A stretch of 36,386 bases of DNA from contig NC_068994.1 of NCBI RefSeq assembly GCF_001194135.2, positions 10,992,858-11,029,243 on the forward strand, written 5' to 3'. Source of the stretch: Octopus bimaculoides (Eukaryota). Under the pieces are notes generated by a model. It was given only the letters and a program-made list of their open reading frames with translations, did no database searches and was not told the origin of the DNA. Below are positions 36,346-36,386 of the stretch, one piece after another. Numbering within the stretch: the first letter of the stretch is position 1; the number at the start of each line of letters is the position of its first letter. Made by a program: the position numbers and the translations under genes.

Positions 36346-36386
<41 letters not shown>

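Noticed and set aside
592-36386. Dozens of long ORFs rich in YI, CV, TH, MYVC, ER or LS dipeptides, or containing X runs
   Set aside because: They are translations of (AT)n, (GT)n, (ATAC)n and (GA)n microsatellites and N gaps, which lack stop codons. There is no evidence of coding function.
1-36386. CRISPR arrays, rRNA, functional tRNA or prokaryotic operons
   Set aside because: There is no repeat-spacer periodicity, rRNA motif or gene-dense coding. All tRNA-like sequences are degenerate SINE heads or pseudogenes.

Overview
This is eukaryotic, AT-rich, repeat-dominated genomic DNA, most likely from an octopus. That is an inference from the tRNA/CORE-type SINE families and the extreme microsatellite load. 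About 7 kb (~19%) is N gaps, mostly bounded by (AT)n or (CA)n. I recognise no intact host gene, and nearly all long ORFs in the track are microsatellite or N artefacts. The readable content is decayed mobile DNA: a Penelope-like RT fragment (4.3-5.4 kb) and GIY-YIG endonuclease fragment (34.6-35.0 kb); two mariner transposase relics, one interrupted by a 165-bp TG...CA element with a perfect 5-bp TSD (probable solo LTR); a Chapaev3-like transposase with a predicted intron and a nested SINE; three R4/Dong-like LINE fragments, two ending in (TAA)n arrays; and many SINE copies from several tRNA-headed families. The most interesting item is a tRNA-headed SINE-like element at 29.1-29.4 kb whose body folds as a degenerate minimal type I hammerhead ribozyme, which suggests a retrozyme-like element mobilised by Penelope. 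A cluster of candidate + strand exons at 27.0-27.8 kb may belong to an unidentified host gene. All family assignments come from manual translation and motif recognition, not database searches.
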